Below are positions 53,320 to 63,220 of a stretch of 64,000 nt of DNA, piece by piece. Origin of the DNA: an uncultured Planctomycetaceae bacterium (lineage in GTDB: Bacteria; Planctomycetota; Planctomycetia; Isosphaerales; Isosphaeraceae); the NCBI GenBank assembly GCA_963833985.1, contig CAWIAD010000002.1, positions 1,728,001-1,792,000 on the forward strand, in the 5' to 3' direction. The notes below the pieces were generated by a model that worked only from the letters and a program-made list of their open reading frames with translations, was not told the origin of the DNA and ran no database searches. Numbering within the stretch: the first letter of the stretch is position 1; each line of letters opens with the position of its first letter. Made by a program: the position numbers and the translations under genes.

Positions 53320-53560
53320 GCGGATACTCCTGCCTGATGTTGTGCGGCCCCGGTGAAGATCGAGACCTTCCTGGTGCAATCCTTTGCAGCCGGTCGATGC
53401 GCCGGCTGGTGCTCGGCAGGACCCAGTGAGTCATCAGTGACCCGGGTGCGGAGCTTCAGTATGAGTACTCCATCCGCACTTCTCCGTCAAGCGGTCTTTG
53501 AAGTGTGAGCAATATGCCGATATGCTGCCGATATGCGCTATCGCGGTCGAGCTGGGTTGA

Positions 53561-53791
53561 TCACGAGTCGAGCAGCTCGTCGGCGGACTGGGCCGAGAAG
53601 ATGTTCGCTCCCCAGCGCAGGAGCGTATCGGGGTCTGCGGCGCGGAGCCGCTCGCGCTGGGGTTCTTCCAGCACGCCGAAGCGCTGTTCCAGCTGTCGCA
53701 TCAGCAGGGCGGCCTCACCCTCCTGCCGTCCTTCGATGCGTCCCTGCTGCTTCCACTCTTCGGTCCATTCGAGCACGCGCTGGGCGATCAT
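53561..53791 (-). CDS. Putative in-frame intragenic antitoxin RpnS, copy 1 (76 aa)
   Basis: AGGAGG (53805-53800), 8-nt spacer, ATG; begins MIAQRVLEW. Confidence 0.7.
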   Translation of the reverse strand: MIAQRVLEWTEEWKQQGRIEGRQEGEAALLMRQLEQRFGVLEEPQRERLRAADPDTLLRWGANIFSAQSADELLDS

Positions 53792-54508
53792 GCTTCGTAC
53801 CTCCTGAAGGTCGTTGACATCCGGCAATTCTACCCCGGGCATGCGACCCGGCAAGAAGACCCGTTTCAGCCAGACCGCGAAGGCGCGGCGGAGCGAGTCC
53901 TGCTCGGGCGATTCGAGCCACAGCACCAGTGCCGCCAGCACCTCCTGCACGGCTTCGGGGTTGCGGCTGTTCTCGATGCGGAAGAGTGCGGCAGCGAGGT
54001 TGCGTAGTCCGGCCAGTTCGCTCTCGGCATAGCGTCCTTCATCGACGAGCAAGTAGCGGAATTCGGGGCGGTATCGCTCGAGTCCCGCGGGGACAGCCCC
54101 GATGAGTTCCGCGAGCGTCTGGGGAGCATCCCAGCGTGGCAGGCCGTTGTACAGGACCAGAGGCAAGACTGGAGGCAGCTTCCCCTCGGGGGTGAGATTT
54201 CCCGTGCGGATGAGATCCTGGTAGAGCAGTCCCAGGTAGGCCATCAGACGCACGGCCATGAACAGGTCGATGGTGGATTGGAACTCGATGAGCAAGTAGA
54301 CGTAGAGCCATTGGTTTTGCAGGCGGACGCGCCAGACGAGGTCGTCCTCGCGTTCTCGGAGTTCATCGGCGACATAGCTGCCGCTGACTTTTTCGAGGGT
54401 GTTGAAGTCGAGTTCAGCGACCCATTGTTCACGGACGAAGCCGCGCAACAGGTCGGTCACCATTTCGGGGTGTGAGAAGAGCAGCTTGTAGCTGTGGTCG
54501 TGGTCCAT
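53561..54508 (-). CDS. Rpn/YhgA-like recombination-promoting nuclease, copy 1 (315 aa)
   Basis: HDHSYKLLFS, EDDLVW, LIEFQS PD-(D/E)XK-type motifs, PLVLYNG, EGR repeats and a DUF4351-like tail. Confidence 0.93.
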   Translation of the reverse strand: MDHDHSYKLLFSHPEMVTDLLRGFVREQWVAELDFNTLEKVSGSYVADELREREDDLVWRVRLQNQWLYVYLLIEFQSTIDLFMAVRLMAYLGLLYQDLIRTGNLTPEGKLPPVLPLVLYNGLPRWDAPQTLAELIGAVPAGLERYRPEFRYLLVDEGRYAESELAGLRNLAAALFRIENSRNPEAVQEVLAALVLWLESPEQDSLRRAFAVWLKRVFLPGRMPGVELPDVNDLQEVRSMIAQRVLEWTEEWKQQGRIEGRQEGEAALLMRQLEQRFGVLEEPQRERLRAADPDTLLRWGANIFSAQSADELLDS

Positions 54509-54583
54509 GCAGCCAGTCTACGGCAACACTTCCGCGTGATAAACGCATTGCTCCATGGACCCGAAGCGGTCGGGCTGGATTGA

Positions 54584-54862
54584 TCACGAGTCGAGCACCT
54601 CGTTGACGGACTGGGCCGAGAAGATGTTCGCTCCCCAGCGTAGGAGCGTATCGGGGTCTGCGGCGCGGAGCCGCTCGCGCTGGGGTTCTTCCAGCACGCC
54701 GAAGCGCTGTTCCAGGAGGCGCATCAGCAGGGCGGCCTCACCCTCCTGCCGCCCTTCGAGCCGCCCCTCCTGTCGTCCTTCGAGCCGCCCCTCCTGTCGT
54801 CCTTCGATGCGTCCCTGCTGCTTCCACTCTTCGGTCCATTCGAGCACGCGCTGGGCGATCAT
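54584..54862 (-). CDS. Putative intragenic antitoxin RpnS, copy 2 (92 aa)
   Basis: Same AGGAGG-8nt-ATG arrangement. Confidence 0.7.
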   Translation of the reverse strand: MIAQRVLEWTEEWKQQGRIEGRQEGRLEGRQEGRLEGRQEGEAALLMRLLEQRFGVLEEPQRERLRAADPDTLLRWGANIFSAQSVNEVLDS

Positions 54863-55579
54863 GCTTCGTACCTCCTGAAGGTCGTTGACATCCGGCAATT
54901 CTACCCCGGGCATGCGACCCGGCAAGAAGACCCGTTTCAGCCAGACCGCGAAGGCGCGGCGGAGCGAGTCCTGCTCGGGCGATTCGAGCCACAGCACCAG
55001 TGCCGCCAGCACCTCCTGCACGGCTTCGGGGTTGCGGCTGTTCTCGATGCGGAAGAGTGCGGCAGCGAGGTTGCGTAGTCCGGCCAGTTCGCTCTCGGCA
55101 TAGCGTCCTTCATCGACGAGCAAGTAGCGGAATTCGGGGCGGTATCGCTCGAGTCCCGCGGGGACAGCCCCGATGAGTTCCGCGAGCGTCTGGGGAGCAT
55201 CCCAGCGTGGCAGGCCGTTGTACAGGACCAGAGGCAAGACTGGAGGCAGCTTTCCCTCGGGGGTGAGATTCCCCGTGCGGATGAGATCCTGGTAGAGCAG
55301 TCCCAGGTAGGCCATCAGACGCACGGCCATGAACAGGTCGATGGTGGATTGGAACTCGATGAGCAAGTAGACGTAGAGCCATTGGTTTTGCAGGCGGACG
55401 CGCCAGACGAGGTCGTCCTCGCGTTCTCGGAGTTCATCGGCGACATAGCTGCCGCTGACTTTTTCGAGGGTGTTGAAGTCGAGTTCAGCGACCCATTGTT
55501 CACGGACGAAGCCGCGCAGCAGGTCGGTCACCATTTCGGGGTGTGAGAAGAGCAGCTTGTAGCTGTGGTCGTGGTCCAT
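54584..55579 (-). CDS. Rpn/YhgA-like nuclease, copy 2 (331 aa)
   Basis: As copy 1, with four extra 4-aa EGR repeats. Confidence 0.93.
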   Translation of the reverse strand: MDHDHSYKLLFSHPEMVTDLLRGFVREQWVAELDFNTLEKVSGSYVADELREREDDLVWRVRLQNQWLYVYLLIEFQSTIDLFMAVRLMAYLGLLYQDLIRTGNLTPEGKLPPVLPLVLYNGLPRWDAPQTLAELIGAVPAGLERYRPEFRYLLVDEGRYAESELAGLRNLAAALFRIENSRNPEAVQEVLAALVLWLESPEQDSLRRAFAVWLKRVFLPGRMPGVELPDVNDLQEVRSMIAQRVLEWTEEWKQQGRIEGRQEGRLEGRQEGRLEGRQEGEAALLMRLLEQRFGVLEEPQRERLRAADPDTLLRWGANIFSAQSVNEVLDS

Positions 55580-55654
55580 GCAGCCAGTCTACGGCAACAC
55601 TTCCGCGTGAGAAACGCGTTGCTCCATGGACCCGAAGCGGTCGGGCTGGATTGA

Positions 55655-55897
55655 TCACGAGTCGAGCACCTCGTTGACGGACTGGGCCGAGAAGATGTTC
55701 GCTCCCCAGCGCAGGAGCGTATCGGGGTCTGCGGCGCGGAGCCGCTCGCGCTGGGGTTCTTCCAGCACGCCGAAGCGCTGTTCCAGCAAGCGCATCAGCA
55801 GGGCGGCCTCACCCTCCTGCCGCCCTTCGATGCGTCCTTCGATGCGTCCCTGCTGCTTCCACTCTTCGGTCCATTCGAGCACGCGCTGGGCGATCAT
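55655..55897 (-). CDS. Putative intragenic antitoxin RpnS, copy 3 (80 aa)
   Basis: Same AGGAGG-8nt-ATG arrangement. Confidence 0.7.
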   Translation of the reverse strand: MIAQRVLEWTEEWKQQGRIEGRIEGRQEGEAALLMRLLEQRFGVLEEPQRERLRAADPDTLLRWGANIFSAQSVNEVLDS

Positions 55898-56614
55898 GCT
55901 TCGTACCTCCTGAAGGTCGTTGACATCCGGCAATTCTACCCCGGGCATGCGACCCGGCAAGAAGACCCGTTTCAGCCAGACCGCGAAGGCGCGGCGGAGC
56001 GAGTCCTGCTCGGGCGATTCGAGCCACAGCACCAGTGCCGCCAGCACCTCCTGCACGGCTTCGGGGTTGCGGCTGTTCTCGATGCGGAAGAGTGCGGCAG
56101 CGAGGTTGCGTAGTCCGGCCAGTTCGCTCTCGGCATAGCGTCCTTCATCGACGAGCAAGTAGCGGAATTCGGGGCGGTATCGCTCGAGTCCCGCGGGGAC
56201 AGCCCCGATGAGTTCCGCGAGCGTCTGGGGAGCATCCCAGCGTGGCAGGCCGTTGTACAGGACCAGAGGCAAGACTGGAGGCAGCTTTCCCTCGGGGGTG
56301 AGATTCCCCGTGCGGATGAGATCCTGGTAGAGCAGTCCCAGGTAGGCCATCAGACGCACGGCCATGAACAGGTCGATGGTGGATTGGAACTCGATGAGCA
56401 AGTAGACGTAGAGCCATTGGTTTTGCAGGCGGACGCGCCAGACGAGGTCGTCCTCGCGTTCTCGGAGTTCATCGGCGACATAGCTGCCGCTGACTTTTTC
56501 GAGGGTGTTGAAGTCGAGTTCAGCGACCCATTGTTCACGGACGAAGCCGCGCAGCAGGTCGGTCACCATTTCGGGGTGTGAGAAGAGCAGCTTGTAGCTG
56601 TGGTCGTGGTCCAT
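55655..56614 (-). CDS. Rpn/YhgA-like nuclease, copy 3 (319 aa)
   Basis: As copy 1, with one extra 4-aa EGR repeat. Confidence 0.93.
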   Translation of the reverse strand: MDHDHSYKLLFSHPEMVTDLLRGFVREQWVAELDFNTLEKVSGSYVADELREREDDLVWRVRLQNQWLYVYLLIEFQSTIDLFMAVRLMAYLGLLYQDLIRTGNLTPEGKLPPVLPLVLYNGLPRWDAPQTLAELIGAVPAGLERYRPEFRYLLVDEGRYAESELAGLRNLAAALFRIENSRNPEAVQEVLAALVLWLESPEQDSLRRAFAVWLKRVFLPGRMPGVELPDVNDLQEVRSMIAQRVLEWTEEWKQQGRIEGRIEGRQEGEAALLMRLLEQRFGVLEEPQRERLRAADPDTLLRWGANIFSAQSVNEVLDS

Positions 56615-56778
56615 GCAGCCAGTCTACGGCAACACTTCCGCGTGAGAAACGCGTTGCTCCATGGACCCGAAGCGGTTTACGTAACGGAAGCGCCAGGAAC
56701 CGAACGGGGGGTGGATCGTTCCCTCCAGGATTCGGTTTCTGGCACTTGAGGTTTGCTCGTGCCTGCTGATGGCGCGGA

Positions 56779-59114
56779 TCAGGATCCGCTGTTTGCCGGG
56801 GGATGAGTCTCGACCAGCGGCCTTGCTGCGGGTTCGGAGGCGCCGGTGCCGAGGGCGCCGGCCGTGGCGAGATTCAGGTCATTCTTGCCGTTCGGCACCA
56901 GGCCGACATTGGCCTGCATGGCCTCCTCGATGTTCTTCATGGCGTCCTGGGAGATCTTGTCGGAGAAATCCTGGAGCACATTACCGCCTGGCAGGCTGGC
57001 GATGTCGAAGCCCGATTTCTCGGCGACGAGCAGGCTCAGGAGCATGCCCATCAGCCCCGTGCCGGCGGTTGCGCTGGTGCCAATAGGCAGCCCGTCGGCC
57101 GCATGGCCGTTGCCGCCGCCTCCTCCTCCGGCGATGAAGACCCGCTCGGGCACCAGCGGTTGGCTGCTTGCGCCAGGTTCTGCGCCACGATGGAGAGTGC
57201 GTACAGCCGGGGATCGGTGAATGACTGGATCTTGCGCACCAGCACCGAGGCCTCGGAGAGACCCTCCTGGAGGATCCGGGCGCCCTCGCCGCGGCCGGCG
57301 AGAATGCGCTGCTGGCTTTCGGCCTGGGCGGTGATGATCTTTTGCTCGGCCTCCTTGCGGGCCTTGGCAAGCTGGGCCTCCGCCTCGTTCTCGACGATCT
57401 GCACCTGAACGAGCGAATTGGTCAGCTTGGTTTGCATGGCGGCCGTGGCCTGGGCTTCATTGAGAGCCCGCAGCTTCTCCGACGCGGTCACCTGCTTGGC
57501 GTAGGTCTCCACCTGCTCCAGCGAGAGTTGCCGCAAGCGGAGCTGCTCGAGCAGGGTCTCGATCTTGCCTCCAGCCTCTGCCGTATCGGGCTTGCCGATG
57601 AGCACGTCCACGCACTCGATGTCGAAGTTGTGGAACTTGCGTCCCAGCTCCTGGCTCGACTCGTGCTGGATGGCGTCGCGTTCCTGCAAGAGCTCGAGCA
57701 TGGTCCGCTTGTGGGCGACGTCGCGGAAGTAGGCCGAGAGCATCGGATCGAGCGTCTGCGTGATCAGCTTCTTGACGTCGCCAAATCGCTGGATGACGCT
57801 GGGCGCTTTCTGGTAGTCGATATGGACCACGACCGACAGCGGCAGGGTCGGCTCGTAGGCGTCCTTGGTGACCAGGTCGATCGACCGCAGGCTCTCGTCG
57901 TAGCGGTGCGTCTCGGTTCGCCCGGTCACCCAGTGGAGGACGAAGTTGGTCGTCGGCACGAGCACGATGTTGCCCGCGTAGGTGTTGAAGGCGTACTTGC
58001 CCGGGCCCAGTGGTTTCTCCAGCACGCCGCGCTCGCCCTCGCCCACGCGCTCGCCGTGGCGGAACGTCTGGCCCGAGATGTCCGTGCCCGTTCGTCCGTA
58101 GTAGCTCACGATCACGCCCACGTAGCCGATCGGCACGATCGTCTTGGGAATCGACTCCACCGTGGCGAACCAGCGATTGATGAAATAGGTTCCGTCGGTG
58201 AGCGGCACAAACTGCAACCCGCGCCGGCCGCCGGCGAGCAGAAACGCCTCGGGATCCTGGTAGTTGTTGTGGTAGAACTTCTCGTTGCGTTCGGTACCCA
58301 CGGCCGGGGCGATGATCTCTCCGGGGGGCAGCGAAGGGCCGTCATGGACGGTAATGATCCCCATACTGTCCACAATGGTCTTCTTGTCGGGATTGAGCGG
58401 ATCAATCGTTTCGATCGGACCGCCGATGACCACCGGGTTGAAGCCGTCCACGTCCGCCAGTTCGGTCTGCCAGTTCAGCAGCGTCTTGAGCTCCTTCTGG
58501 CCGCCGGTGTCCAGGCGGTAGACCGTGTCCTCGGTGATCACATAGAACAGCGCGAGGTTCACGGCGTACACGCCCTCGCGGAAGATGGCCCGCTGCCGGC
58601 CGCGCTGGCCGGCGACCGTCTCCTGGTCGGGGCCGACCTGCTCGCCCACCAGGAAGCCACGCGCGTCCTGGAAGTTGTTGCAGGCGACGACGCAGCCCAG
58701 CGTCTGGCTGGGTGCCAGCGGCTGGCCGTCGCGGGCGTACACGTAGCCCACCTTGCCCTGTGGCACCGTCACCAGGGGAACGCGATGGATCCGGTACTGC
58801 CAGCGCCAGCGGCCAAGATGCAGTCCGCCGCGCAGGATCTCCGACTGAAACCCCGCCTCGCCGCGGAGCGCCATGATCTGCCCTTCAGGAACCGAACCCT
58901 TGAACGACCAGAGCTTTTCGACGATGCCCACGCGATTGTTCGAGATGTACCTCAGCCCGCACAGCTCGCACAGCACAACCACGCCAACCACCAGGCCCAC
59001 CAGCCAGAACAGGCCGGGGGGCAAGTCCGCGAGGTCGGCGAGAACTGGCCCCAGACCCGGTCTGCCAGTACCCGCCCAGAACGATGCCACATGAGAGAAG
59101 AGTGGCGCTCCCAC
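56779..59114 (-). CDS. SPFH/flotillin-family membrane protein, frameshift near 57165
   Basis: N-terminal TM, RVGIVEK, LGPGKY, SVVVHID..FGD..LDPMLSAYFRD band-7 domain and coiled coil; continues as QPLVPERVF in ORF 56779..57153. Confidence 0.88.
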
Positions 59115-59484
59115 AATTCAGCTCCTTCGGTGAACGAGTGCGTGAAAGCTGCTCGAATCGGAACAGCCCGCGGAGCCCGTCAGCTTCGCGCATTTTACCT
59201 GATACCCAGGTTTCGGAGGGTCGTTCATCCCCCCCGTATCGGACGTGTATTCGCCGGCCGGACGGAATATTCGGCCCATTCCGTGCCGCCACGCTCTCCC
59301 GGCCGCCCGGATGAGTCTTTTTTATTTGGCCGGCTGCCGCCGGTTTCGCCAGAATCGGAAGAGTTCTGATGTCACATGGAGAGTGAGTCTCATGGCGCGG
59401 CTGTGGGCGAACCCCGATGCGGCCTGGCCGACCACTCCCCCGGCGCCAGGTCAGAACGAACCACCATCTCTCGGGAGCAGCCTC

Positions 59485-62400
59485 ATGACCAGCATCGATA
59501 CGGAGCGTTACCTCGCGACGCTGGAACGAGCTGAGGCCTTGAAGCTGGCCGAGATGCTCCGTTTCCCCACGCCCGATGAGAGTGTCCTGCTCGAGCAGCA
59601 CCTCGGGGAGCAGCGATTCCGCCGGATGCGCAAGATGGCCCAGACGACCATGGCGCGCGTCGAGGCGGCCGGTGCGCGCGGGCACGTGGTTTTCTTGCCG
59701 GGTCTCTGCGGCAGCGAGCTGACCGCGTTCAGCCTGGGAGGAGGCCAGGAACCGCTCTGGCCGAAGGTGCGGCGCCTGGCCGACGACGGGATCGATCGCC
59801 TGAAAGTGGCCGCCGAGCCAGGCGCCGGCCTGGAGGGCGAGTCTCTCAGATCCACGGGCGTACTCAAGCGCTACTATGGTGCGATCCTGCTCCACCTGGC
59901 GGCACGCTGGACCGTGCGCTCGTTCCACTACGACTGGCGGATGGGGCTCGATGAGGTTGCCGAAGAGCTTTTTACCAGTCTATGCGACCCGAACTGGCTG
60001 CCTCCTGGTGAACGGGTGCATATCGTGGCGCACGGTACCGGGGGTCTCATTGCATGGGCGCTGCGGGCCAGGCACCCCGAGCTCTGGGAACCATTGCGGC
60101 GCTGCGGGCGGGTGATCTCCCTGGGCACGCCATCCCGCGGAACCTACGCGGCGGTCCAGGCGCTTGCGGGAGTGGCCGGTCTGGTGAAGAAACTCGCCGC
60201 GCTGAAGGGGGCCATCGATCGTGATGGACTGCTCAAGGTCATCCTCTCGTTCCCGTCGCTTTACCAGTTGTTGCCCGCGCCTTCCCTGAACGCCCAGGCC
60301 GAGATGCTCTACGAGGCGAACACCTATACCGACCTGGAAAGCGTGGACGTGGAGGTTCCCCAGCGCCATCTTGATCGGGGCCGCGCGTTTCACGAGGGTC
60401 TCGCCGCGCTCAAGGAAGTGGGCGGCTTTTACACCATCCTGGGGACGGGCGAGCCCACGATTTGCGGCATCGACAACATCAAGAAGCTGGACGACCTGGG
60501 AGCCTACTCGGCCGGATACCAGGGTGATGGACTCGTGCCCCTTGACCTGGCTCGCCTGGAATGGGTTCCCGAGCCTCTCAGGCGAGAGAACTCCTATCTG
60601 GTTGCGGCGGAGCATGCCGGGCTGGTGTCCAACCCCGAGGTCCTGGCTGCCGTCGACGACCTGCTGGCGCAGGGCGGCACCGACCGCCTGGCCCACTGCA
60701 CTGATGAGCAGCTCTCTCCGGAAGCTGCCGTCCCGGGCGGCCCACACGGCGCACGAAGAGTGACGAGGTCTCCAGGTTGGCTCGGGGGCGCGGCTGACCC
60801 GGAGAAAAAGGCCTGGCACATGGTCTCCTTGCGTGCGGACCAGGATCTCCGCAGGACCGATAAGCTCACTCGTCAGGTCCGTCTGGCAGCCGATGGCACG
60901 CCCCCAGGCCCAATGGATCGTCAACTCGAAGAATGTCTGCTGCGCGACCTGTTGACTCCCGGCCAGGTTCTGGCCAGGTCCGTCGAGAGGTCGCCGCTGC
61001 CACTGAACCACCCGAGGGTTCAGCTCAGCCTGGCGTGCTTGAACCTCGCCGGCATGGATTACGAGGCATACGGTGCCAGGGCCGGCCTTGCCGTCGACGC
61101 GATCGCCGTCGGCCATTACCTGGGTGTCAAGCCGGCGGGCAAGGAGCGCGAGCTCGATGAGCAAATCTCTCGAGCGATCCTGAAACTCGGCCCCGGTCAA
61201 AAGCTTGCGGAGGCCGACCTCGTTTTGAGCCAGTTCGCCGAGCGCGGCATTCTCCGCGGCGAGCTTGGCCAGCCCTTCTGCTTGCCCGACCCGCGTGATC
61301 CCACGGGTAGGCGTCTGATCATGATCGCCGGCATGGGATTGCCGGGAAGATTCGGTGCGCCGGAGTTGGCCGTGCTGGCTCGCGAACTATGCTGGGCGGC
61401 AGGCCGGCTGGGCCGGCAACATCTGGTGATCGGTTCCATCGGTGCCCGTTACAATTCCGTTGGCCCCGGCGAGGCGATGCGCGCCTGGATCCGGGGATTG
61501 AAGAACGCGATCACGGGCTCGTCGCAGGACGAGAACCGCCACATCCAGCGGCTCACGATCCTCTGGGACGATCCGCGGCACATCGAGGCGGCCCAGATGG
61601 CCATCCTCGACGAGATCCGCGAGCTCCTGGCGCGGCAGCGCATGGAGATCGAGTTCACGCCCTACGATGAAGCCGAGCTTGCCAGGCATCGCGAGGACGG
61701 CTTCCAGCGCGACCGGGACGAGCTGGAAGAGGAGCTGAAGCGAAGACGGGAATCCGCGGCCGGGCTGCGTGAGATCGATCCTCCGCCGATCCGGGTGACT
61801 CTCGGCCTGGAGGGCAACTCCTACCGTTTCGGAGCGCTCACGGAAGATGCGTCGATCCCCGAGCGATCGATACCGCTGGACCCGGCCCTGGTGCAGGAGG
61901 CGAACGCGCTGATTGCCGCGGAGCCTGACCCCGACCATCAATTCTGCAACGGCGAGTTCCTTTCCCGCTTGCTCGTGCCCGAGGAGCTGCGCGTGGCGCT
62001 GGAGGGCCCTGCGCCCCTGGTGATGATGCTCGACTCGTTGACCTCGCGGATCCACTGGGAGATGGTCGTCCGCCCGGATCCGGTGGATACCGGGGGGTAC
62101 GGCTACCCGGATGCCGATGAGTTCGAGGACCCGTTTGATCGCAAGTTCGAGTATGCCGATGCCTTCCTGGGAACGAGCCGGGGTTTCACCCGGCAGCTGC
62201 GCACGGCATTGGCGCCTCCGCCCGAGCCTCCTCCGCCGTTGCGGCGTCTGCTTCGCGTCCTGGTGGTTGCCAACCCGGCCGAGGATGCGCCGCTCCCCGG
62301 CGCTGAACGCGAAGGCCACGAAGTTGCCGATGCCTTCGAGGCCTTCAACGCGATTTATGAGAACTGGTGCGACAACCGTGTTGAGGTGGTGCGTCTCATC

Positions 62401-63168
62401 GGGCCGAAGGAGGCGACACGCACCAAGGTGCTGGAGCACCTCATGATCCGCCGCTACGATGTGCTGCATTTCGCCGGGCACTGCTATTTTGACAGGGACA
62501 ACCCCACGCTCTCCGGCTGGATCTTTCACAAGGCCAAGGACCAGCGGATTTCCGCCTACGAGCTGAACCGCATCGATCGCGTGCCCAGGTTTGTCTTCTC
62601 CAACGCGTGCGAGTCCGGCGTGATGGCGGAATCGTCCAGGCCGTATTCGCCAGCACTGGCACCAAGCTTCGCCGAGGCCTTCTTCCAGCGCGGCGTGTCC
62701 AACTTCGTGTGCACCGCGTGGCCGGTGGACGACAGCGCGGCGCTGGAGTTCGCGCTCTGGGTCTACTGTTACTTGCTCGGCCTGCGGCCGCGCAGTGGCA
62801 AGGGGCCGAAATACATGAACGCTCCACCCGAGCCGATGCACAGCGCAATGCGCCAGGCGCGGCTGCAAATCGCCGGCCAGCCGCACGGCGTTCGGACATG
62901 GGGTGCCTACCAGCACTACGGCAACCCGTACTACCGCTTCTTCGATCCCCAGTCGATGAACGGTTCCACCAGGGTCGTCTCGAACGCGGCGGACTTGAAT
63001 GGACAGTCTGCCAGTGCACCTTCTGCCGATCCGCAGCCGCGCACCGGGGATGTCCCGGCTAGTCCAACTCCGGCCCCCGCCCCCGGTCAGCCTGCCAGGA
63101 ACGCGTCCCCGGCCCAGCCTTCAAGAAATGGACCCGCACGCAAGAAGGTCAAGCCGGTCACGTCCTGA
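59485..63168 (+). CDS. Multidomain protein: lipase/acyltransferase-like alpha/beta hydrolase, macro/aminopeptidase-N-like domain, CHAT caspase-like protease
   Basis: VVFLPGLCGSEL, FHYDWR, HIVAHGTGG, LGTP, GDGLVP; AIAVGHY..GELGQP..IAGMG; VLHFAGH, FVFSNACES, WPVDD and WGAYQHYGNP. Confidence 0.88.
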   Translation: MTSIDTERYLATLERAEALKLAEMLRFPTPDESVLLEQHLGEQRFRRMRKMAQTTMARVEAAGARGHVVFLPGLCGSELTAFSLGGGQEPLWPKVRRLADDGIDRLKVAAEPGAGLEGESLRSTGVLKRYYGAILLHLAARWTVRSFHYDWRMGLDEVAEELFTSLCDPNWLPPGERVHIVAHGTGGLIAWALRARHPELWEPLRRCGRVISLGTPSRGTYAAVQALAGVAGLVKKLAALKGAIDRDGLLKVILSFPSLYQLLPAPSLNAQAEMLYEANTYTDLESVDVEVPQRHLDRGRAFHEGLAALKEVGGFYTILGTGEPTICGIDNIKKLDDLGAYSAGYQGDGLVPLDLARLEWVPEPLRRENSYLVAAEHAGLVSNPEVLAAVDDLLAQGGTDRLAHCTDEQLSPEAAVPGGPHGARRVTRSPGWLGGAADPEKKAWHMVSLRADQDLRRTDKLTRQVRLAADGTPPGPMDRQLEECLLRDLLTPGQVLARSVERSPLPLNHPRVQLSLACLNLAGMDYEAYGARAGLAVDAIAVGHYLGVKPAGKERELDEQISRAILKLGPGQKLAEADLVLSQFAERGILRGELGQPFCLPDPRDPTGRRLIMIAGMGLPGRFGAPELAVLARELCWAAGRLGRQHLVIGSIGARYNSVGPGEAMRAWIRGLKNAITGSSQDENRHIQRLTILWDDPRHIEAAQMAILDEIRELLARQRMEIEFTPYDEAELARHREDGFQRDRDELEEELKRRRESAAGLREIDPPPIRVTLGLEGNSYRFGALTEDASIPERSIPLDPALVQEANALIAAEPDPDHQFCNGEFLSRLLVPEELRVALEGPAPLVMMLDSLTSRIHWEMVVRPDPVDTGGYGYPDADEFEDPFDRKFEYADAFLGTSRGFTRQLRTALAPPPEPPPPLRRLLRVLVVANPAEDAPLPGAEREGHEVADAFEAFNAIYENWCDNRVEVVRLIGPKEATRTKVLEHLMIRRYDVLHFAGHCYFDRDNPTLSGWIFHKAKDQRISAYELNRIDRVPRFVFSNACESGVMAESSRPYSPALAPSFAEAFFQRGVSNFVCTAWPVDDSAALEFALWVYCYLLGLRPRSGKGPKYMNAPPEPMHSAMRQARLQIAGQPHGVRTWGAYQHYGNPYYRFFDPQSMNGSTRVVSNAADLNGQSASAPSADPQPRTGDVPASPTPAPAPGQPARNASPAQPSRNGPARKKVKPVTS

Positions 63169-63220
63169 AGGTCGGCCATCAAGGGCTCGCCAGCTCCTGG
63201 GCAGGCAGGAGGAAAGGCTC

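Larger units (their letters stand above)
53543..56676. repeat. Tandem triplication (units of 1023, 1071 and 1035 bp) bounded by GCGGT
   Basis: GCGGT at 53543, 54566, 55637 and 56672; units near-identical, lengths differ by multiples of 12 nt. Confidence 0.95.

Noticed and set aside
53420..53480. Fluoride-riboswitch-like GATGGAGT...CTGATGACTC on the minus strand upstream of the CsrA-like genes
   Set aside because: P1 does not pair, the 3' pseudoknot/CTAC end is missing, and no fluoride-related gene follows; no hammerhead GAAA core either
53543..56676. Rpn triplication as IS copies or a pure assembly artefact
   Set aside because: No terminal inverted repeats; copy-specific substitutions and in-frame repeat-number changes argue for real duplication, though reads are needed to confirm
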